From NCBI GenBank assembly GCA_024679065.1, contig JAGIQG010000010.1, positions 12,834,001-12,898,000 on the forward strand: 64,000 nt of DNA. Reading direction: 5' to 3'. Below the pieces are notes generated by a model. That model was not told the DNA's origin. It searched no databases and was given only the letters and a program-made list of their open reading frames with translations. Source of the DNA: Sphyrna mokarran. Lineage: Eukaryota. Below, piece by piece: positions 53,001 through 62,000 of the stretch (position 1 is the stretch's first letter; each line of letters begins with the position of its first letter). A program made the translations under genes and the position numbers.

Positions 53001-56000
53001 GCACCCCCTTCAAGGCCAATATATCCCTCCTCGAATGCGGTGACCAAAACTACATACAGTACTCCAGCTGCGGCCTCACCAGTACCCTATACAGCTGCAA
53101 AAGTACCTCCCTACTTTTGTATGCTATCCCCCTAGCTATAAAGGCTAACATTGCATTCGCCTTCTTGATCACCTGCTGCACCTGCAAACTGTGTTTTTGC
53201 AATTCGTGCACAAGGATCCCTCTGCACTGTCGCATGCTGCAGTTTTTCACCACTTAAATAGTAATCCTTCCTACATTATTCCTACCAAAGTGGATAACCT
53301 CACACTTGCTAACATTATATTCCATCTGCCAAGTCCTCACGCACTCACTCAACCTATCCAGATCCCTCTGCAGGCTTTCTACATCCTCCACGCAATTTGC
53401 TTTTCCACTCATCTGTGTTATCAGCAAATTTCGTCACCCTGCACTCAGCCCCTTCCTCTAGATCATCTATGTAAATGGTAAATAGTTGAGGCCACAGCAC
53501 CGATCCCTGGGGCACTCCACTAGTCACCAGCTGCCAATCAGAATAGCACCCATTAATACCTACTCTTTGCTTCCTATTAGACAACCAATCCTCTATCCCA
53601 GTCTAACACCCTACCCCCAACTCCCTGCACCCTAACCTTCTGCAACAATCTTTTAAGGCACCTTATCAAAAGCCTTTTGGAAATCCAAAAACACCACATT
53701 CACCAGTTCCCCTCTATCTACCACACTAGTCACTTCCTCATAGAACTCCAATAAATTCGTCAAGCATGACTTCCTCTGCTTGATCAAACAGTTCGTATCC
53801 AGGTGCCTTGTTATTTCTGCTTTGATGACAGATTCAAGTTTTTTTTGTCCTTTATGTCCTTGAGCATAAAGTTCAAACTAAAGAATACAACAAGAAAATA
53901 ATTTCAATGGGCTAGTTATTTCAAGTAGCACTGCATGAGATTCATTTTGTGTCATTATGTGCAAGATCACAACGAAGAATCCAATTTTAGCTATCAATTT
54001 ATATTTTTTTTGAAAATACTACTGTGAACTGAAATATTCTGCATGAGACAACTGAATGAATGAGTACCTACCTTCTTCATGTCTTAGGTACTGGTTACCA
54101 CCTCGGTCTCTGGCCAAGGACCAAGCTTCACCATCACCACTTTCACAGAATTCCACCATACTGTTCTTATCAAGTTGGATCCATGTGCCCTCGTGATTTG
54201 CCACCTGTTATACAAATGACATTTACTGTCCCGCTCCATATTTAATAATAGAATTTGGGTGTCTGCAGAATTGAGATTATTTAAATATTTTACATCTCAG
54301 AATTTAAAATGCCTTGGCTGTTCCAGCTCAAAATTACTTGGAAAGACCCTTTATATATCATATATTGTAACCATTTGTAGGTTACAAACAAAAATACTGA
54401 ATACTTAATGAAACAAATTTGAATTGTGATAACTTATTGAATTTCTGAAATTTTAACCATTCACTACTAAAAAACAACTGAATTTAAACACAATGAGCTG
54501 GAATTTGCTGGAGCAGGGAATTTCACGGCATGATGGTTAGTTCAGATGTTTTCCAGTAACTTATAGCTCAAAATATTTTTACCCTGCAAGTTGCTGGAAA
54601 TGTGAGCTGACGTGTTGCACGGACAACAGGGCACTTGGGGCCTTGGGTGGACAACGGAATCAACTGTGTACCTTTGTTTTTATTCATTCAATGCGCCTTG
54701 CTTCATTGGCCGGGTTAGCATTTATTGACCATCCCTAATTGGCCTCAAGTGGTTGGCTTGGTAGGCCATTTCAGAGGATGTTTAAGAGTCAGTCATATTG
54801 CTGTGAATCTGGAGTCACATGTAGACCACACCAGGTATGGACAACAGATTTCTTTCCCCAAGGGACATTTGTGAACCAAATGGGATTTTGGATTTATGGT
54901 TATAATTAGACTTTTAATTCAAATTCCACCAAGTGCCCTGATGGATTTGAAGCCAGGTTTCCAGAGCATTAACCTGGATCCCTGGTTCAGGATAGAAAAA
55001 GAGGAATGTGGTCAATACCAAATTAGGTGAAGGAAAAGAAATAAAAGAAGAGAGAAAGAGAAAACATCGAAGAAAACAAGATGTAAAACTGGAAATTCGA
55101 CACTTAACAGCTCCAACAAATCACAACCCAAAGGGCAGACATTTAATACTTTTACTTGCCAACTTTCTGGGTTAAGAGGTCGATTGGCAGTAACATATCC
55201 CAGTAGGCTAGGTTTGTACAGCAATCTAGAAGCTACTGCACAGGATGTTCAAGAAATTTTAGCTTCTAAGAAACTGCATGTGTGCAGCTACATAGAAGGA
55301 TTACCATACGCAGATCGCACAAAGTTTTGAGAGGGCAATAGTTGACAGTCATTAATTATACAAATGACGCTTTTGCCCCATTTCATTTTTAATAATAGAA
55401 TTTGGATGCCTACAAGTTTGACTGTTTAAATATTTAACATTGCTACCTTTTCTATCATTTCTATTTTTCTTCAGTTCTGATGAAACATCACTGACCTGAA
55501 ACATCAGCTCAGCTTTTCTCCGTAGATGTTGCCTGACCTGCTGAATATTTCTGTTTTACCAGCAATTATTTCATTAAAAGTGTGCCAATATATGGCGAGC
55601 GCTGTGGGCAATTAAGTATGCAAATGCAGCAACTGCAGAAAATCTCTGGACAGCAGGCAATAAAATGCCATTTTCACAAAGCGCAATTCACAGGATATCT
55701 CCTTGTCACAAGCTGCTGGCCGATTTGTACATCGACAAAAGTTGGCACAGTTCATGTGCCGTTATTTCCTCAGCAAATTCCAGCCCAATTGGTTTTTAAG
55801 ACTGTGATCTGTTAGAATTGTTTTTCATGTATGTACCATTCTTAAATAAACTTAAAATACCATAGTTAGAAATAATAAGGATCTGCGATAACAAAAATTT
55901 GATCAAAATAACTACAGGATTTGAAATGTGTGAATTGTAGTTTTCACTGTTGCACTTACTTATTGCTACTACTAAATTTAGAATAAATTTGACACGAGCT

Positions 56001-59000
56001 ACATACACAAAAATGTCAGATTCTGTGAACTAATTTCAATAAAACCTGGCTTATAGCAAAATTTAGATGCCTAGTTTTGGCTTTCAAATTATAAAAGGAA
56101 CAACCAGAACACGAGATGGTTACAGCAATTTATATAATACACAGGAATAGAGATTTTATTAATCTGTCATTTAAAGTCAGTGTGATTAATGTGATTTATA
56201 ATCAGTTAAGAAAAGTAGTTTTTGAAGGGTATAGAGTAGAGTACGAAAAAGTAAACCAAAGCGACAGGTCATGTTGAATCATAGGATTTTGCAGCTCAAA
56301 AGCAGAGTATGCACCTGCAGATCACCAAATTTGGTAAGCATGGTATAAAAGCTTCTATGATTTTTCACAGTACCCAAAGGCATCAATGCCTGTTTTTTTT
56401 TAAGTGAAGAAATTATACCAGTACCAGATGTCCTCCTATAATATTATGCAAAAGCTTGAGAAGACATCAGTTTTGCAGCATTTGCTCTAATGTGTTGATT
56501 GGTACCTGCAATAACACACTTTCATGAATCCATACCTCGCCTAATGCCTTGACTCTGTTCCCAAGAACTAACATTCCAATGGGGATACCTCTAAGGTTAG
56601 GGCAGCTCCTGATGTTGTGCCCTGAAGGCCCAGTCTTCACTACCTTATATACTCCTGGTCCGCCTTGCAGGAACATCTTTTCCTGCTCTTTCAACACTAC
56701 TTCATGGGACCGACGTGAATTTACTTCTCTGAAGTAATCATCAGTGATGGATTTAGGCTCCTGGAAACAAAAGCAAATATATTCATTGCACTAAAGCATT
56801 TGAATTTATCTTTTAAAAGCCGGTTTGTATCAGAACATAAATTCTGGGCCCCATGACTTAAGCAATGCGAATAGTATTGACACCACAAAACATTAGAAGG
56901 TAATCTGTTCTACAGGTTAAAAATTAACTGTCTTTTGTTATTCACATGCAAACATAAAATAAATGTGAATCTCTAGAATCAAAAACAATTACGTGTCACA
57001 GCAAAATGCCTCAGGATTTCATTGTTTCTAAATTGACAAACTGCTCACCTGATATCTAATATAGGATGTGTTGAAATTTTCTCCAACTAAATATCGTTAA
57101 GGTCAAACCCATCATCTTCAGTCTCTGCCACTGATTCCAGCTCCCTCCTTGGCAACTATTTGCAACCTTGGTGTCATATTTAGTCACAAATGAGCTTTAA
57201 ACCACATATGACTGCCATCACCAAGATCATCTACTTATATCTCTGCAATATTGCCTGACTTTACCTCAGCCCATTTGCTGCTGAAACTCTCATTTATGCC
57301 TTTGTTATTTCTAGGCTCAACTATTCCAATTTACATCTGGGGTGCTCTACCCTCATTCCACATCTGTTCATCCCTCCCCACTAGATAAACTAAAGTGGCT
57401 TCCAGTTTGGCAATGCCACCATTTAAAAATTATCATAATTTCAAATCCCTCAATGGTCTTGTTCCTTCCAATTTCTAATCTCCTACAGGTCTACAGCTCT
57501 CTAAACTATCTGCAACCCTCCAATTTTGGCCTCGAGTATCTCCAATTTTAATTGCTCCATTGCTGGTATTATGTTTTCAGTTGCCAAGGGTCTAAGCATG
57601 GAATTCCCTCCCTAAAGCTCTTTGTTTTTCCATTTTTTTGCCCCCTTTTTTATGGCAACCCTGACGATCAATCATGACCAAGTTTGAGATGATCTATCTT
57701 ACTCTCTCCTAAAATGGATTGCTGTTATATGCATATATTGCTTGTCAAATGCTTGTAAAACATATTGATTCTGCTGAGAATTCCTGAACTCCTTCCACTA
57801 GAAAAATGTTCAAAACAGGTAATTCCTAAGATTCAGACTTGCAACTTTCTCAAAAGTAAAGTTAATGCTAATGAGTACACCCATTGTTAGCAACAACAAA
57901 ATATAAAGCTGGCTTTGACAAATATTTCTGCAACATCAGTGAAAATACTACAGTAGCAAAACAAAAGCACTCGTCAAACCAATCATTTGATGGATGATTA
58001 CAGCACAAAATGAGGCCTACTGAATCTGTCAGTACCGTGCACGAACAAGTTCGCTAAATGCATTCCCACTCCTTTTCTTATAGCCCTGCAAATTCTTATT
58101 TGGATACTTGTCAAGTTCCCATGCAAAAAGCAGTCTCCATTATACTCTTAGACAATGGATTCCAATATCTGTGTAAAAACATTTTTTTCCTCCTCGTGTC
58201 ACGATTGGTGCTTTTGTCAATCACCTTTAAATCCATTCCTTCTTGCTCTCAATCCTGAGAATAACGGGAACAATTTCTCCCCAGCTATTCTGCGAAGACC
58301 CATTTGGACACCTTTATCAAATTTCCTCTCAATTGTCTCTCCTCTAAGAAGAGCCCTAGCTATGGAATCTATCCATATAAACCAAGTCCCTCATTGACGC
58401 AATCATTCTAGAGTACAGCACCCAGAATTGGACACATTGCCCAGTTGAGGACAACCTGTGTTTTCTAAAGGTTCATCATAACCTTGTCCTCACATTCCAT
58501 GCCCCTATTCATAAAGCTCTATTTATAAAGATCCCATAAGCTTTTTTTAAATAATTCTTCTCGCAATCTTACCACTTTCAAGAATCCGTGCACATATCCC
58601 CATCCCTCCCCCATAGCCTTGTTCCTGCATTCTTTTAGAATTGTACTCTTTAAATGTACATTGCTTCTCCTCATTCTTCCTACCAAAATGTATCTTTTCA
58701 CAGCTATCTGTTTCCTTCTTTGACTAAAAGTAATCTGCAGCTGTAAAAGCAGCATAATTCTATGACCAACATCCTTCTCTAAACTGCACCATTTCATAAT
58801 AAATGCAATTAATAAGTAGCCAACACCTTGAAAATGACAATCTTGGAGGTGACAATATTACGCATACCCAGAAATTCGGTGAAATTTTCACAACGGGGAT
58901 GTGACAGAAAATGCAGCAAGCCATTCAAAGCTCCATTCACTTTAGCAGGACTGGAAGATGCCCCCCAGCAGTAGAGCCTGAAAATTCCAGCTTATGTGCT

Positions 59001-62000
59001 GAGCTTGCTTGTGCTCAGTATACCAAGGAACAAAAACCTGACTTGAAAGCCACAATCAAAGTCGTATTATACAAAATGGATGTCAAGATTGTCATAAATT
59101 GTGTGGTATAAACTCATTTTTAGCAAGATTGATTTTTAAAAACCCATTTATAACCTTTAAAAAGAAAAATATATTTTATTTGAGAAACCAAACATTAACC
59201 ACTCATTTAAACTTACCTGATACCATACAGTCTTAGAAATCCATGATAGGATATCCATTTACCTGATGCCTTCGCTAGCATTAAAGACAATCTAATTAAT
59301 GAACTTTAAGACAACTTGGATCGGATCCTAACTAAGATGCCAACATAGTTTGTTAAATTTGCTAAGTTATTTAAAGCTTTCATCATATTCATGCTAAGAC
59401 ATTTGGCCCTTTTTAATTGGAATGTTCACATATAGGACTGATCAGAGAACAAATCCCAGCCAGCATATCTAATGGAAATCCATCTGTTTGCAGCTGGCTT
59501 ACTAAGTAAAATAGCATGTCTGAAGAAATTTGGTGGCACATTTTTCACTTGGAAAAAAGCAGGTCACCCTCTTGAAGAATAAGCAACCAACAGCACTGGT
59601 ATCCAAAATTAGCATGTGGCAAATCACTTATTCACCCTCCTATCTGATAAAAGAGTAAGCAATTCACAACTGGTCCAAAAGCAAAGAGATAAAATGAAAC
59701 AGGGCAAACAGAAAAGACAGGCGGAAAATAGTAATATTGGTTAAAAAAGTTATCAGCATTTTCTTTTACCGATATACAAAGCAAAAATATGAATCAAACT
59801 TCTCTGGCCAACTCTGAATCTGCTATATAATGTCAGTTTTGCAATATACTACATGTGTGATCTGTGTCTAAAGCAACTGAAAGCTCTAGATGGGTCTCTA
59901 TCTTACATAGCTTGCTTTTTTTTGATAGACTCAAGGCTCACATTCAAAGAAAGGTTGAATGTTTCGTTCGAAGAAATGAAACCAGAACCAATCACATCTG
60001 TGAAAGCTTGTCTAGCACTCTTGCAGCAATTATCATGGCTTTGCAAGTACCTTGACAGGGATGGATGATATAAGAGAATCATAAACATACCTTAACACTG
60101 GCCCAAACTATCTTATACCTAATATAGCCTTCCATTGCACTGACATTTTCAAAAGACCTGGATCAATCTGTAGTACTTCATAGGCCGAGCCATTAACACG
60201 GCTCCATTCAGGTGCATGCCGTCCAGGTATTCTAACATCCTGTAACCCTATCACCTCTCAAACATATTTAGGCTTTATGTTTTAATCTCGACTGGCCTGT
60301 CAAAAAAAGAGTCCAACAGCTGACCTTTCTTACTTCTGTGGGTGTAGTCTGTGTACCAACAGCTACCTCAGTGTTCTGAAAGACCTAGATCACTCACCTT
60401 CCAGATTTGATCCATCATATATAATTCCAGCCTCAACCTCTCGTTCGTTACTGTACGTGAACTAATCCTGAGGAAAATCCCTCTTTCCTCCCCCATCCCT
60501 GAAACCTAGTCTCACATTCCCAATAGTTGCTGATTTCCCTACCCTTGCCTTTCCCATGTGAATTCAAATGATTTTAGACAGAGTGCCATATGATCCAGCA
60601 TCCAATGCCCAATTTCCTGCTAAGTATCTTCAGCTTTGAAAAGTATAAAATAAAAAATGAATACATCACTAAATAAAGTTAGAACTAACTTGGGATCACT
60701 GGATATTGATGCAGAAAGTTGCACACAAACAAACAATTTGAGACAAGTAGGAAAAGGGAAGAGAAAAGTATTCCAGGGAAAGGAGAACAGAATAGTTAAA
60801 CCGGGTGAATGAACAAATCACAGTTAGAGAAACAATTTTAATTCTGCTTTTCTCCATGAATAGGGTGGGAGATGATTAGCATTCCAAAAATTGTCATTCA
60901 GATTTATTGAACATTGTAGATTTAAGTGGCACAATATTTTCAACTATTCAAGGCTGACAAAAATTTAGACTAGCAGAAACACAGGTGAAATTCAAACACA
61001 GGTATAAGAAAAAAAATATTGAACAGCAAGGTCAAAAATATTAGGAGAAAAAAAGTTAAATACAATTTTTGTTTTAAGTCTGTGTAGGTCGTAACTAAGA
61101 ACAGGACAAAGTTTTTCTATTACTGGATAAAAGTTTGACCAGGCTGTGCGATGTATCAAATTCAGTCATGAAGAGATGGAATACTTTGAAATTTTGGTAA
61201 AACTGACAAGAAAGGATTAAGTTGAAAAGATAAGTTTCAGGCTATAGAAGAGAATTATCAGATAGCAACTTTTATGGTACCCGTTGCAGAAGTAGAAGAA
61301 ATGTGCTGCAAGACCTGCTAACAAATACAATTATTTGGCAAAAACAAATTAAGTACTTTTCAGTCCACTTATTTCAGCACAGCAATGTCACTTCTTCAGG
61401 AAGTATCTCAAACAAACCAGAGAATGCAAGGAAAGAAAACGGCAAAAGATTCAATACAGTCGAATTTGGGGTGTGATCACCCCCAAACGGCCTTTAATAC
61501 AATAGTCACACTTGGTGCATGACATGCACAACTTATGCACAAATCCAGGAATTTACAAAAAAAAATCTGTAAACACAAATTAAACATTTTTTTTAACAAT
61601 GCAAATATAAAAATGATGTTATTTCACTGCTCCTCCTCCAGAAACATTATGCTATATTGGAAAATTCAAGACAAAATCTGTGCCCTCATAAAAAAAAACA
61701 ACTTCTATTTGAATGTCTTTAGGGATGAAAGCAAAATGTGAAAGCAATTTGCACAAAAACAATAGAGGAAAAAAAACTCGTCAGTAATGCGTATATTTGT
61801 TTGAAACAAACTGATGAAATTTAAAGGAATTTTTGCTTATAAAATGCATAAAGCACAATCTGATTGCACAACACTGAATGTACTAAACTAGTACCTCTCT
61901 TTTGACTTTTACTTGACAAAAAAACTCAAATGCAGCGTAAACCTCAATCTGCAATTTTTGCAGTGTATGCAACATAATCCACTTCTAATCTTGCAACACA

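Noticed and set aside
52510-53800. Reverse-transcriptase ORFs as a novel RT system
   Set aside because: Ordinary 5'-truncated, frameshifted CR1 LINE with a degenerate catalytic motif (FADN).
60398-60450. 53-nt segment with a perfect AAG|gtgagt donor on the minus strand
   Set aside because: Weak acceptor, begins with TAA in the required phase, frameshifting length and no homology; not distinguishable from a chance splice site.
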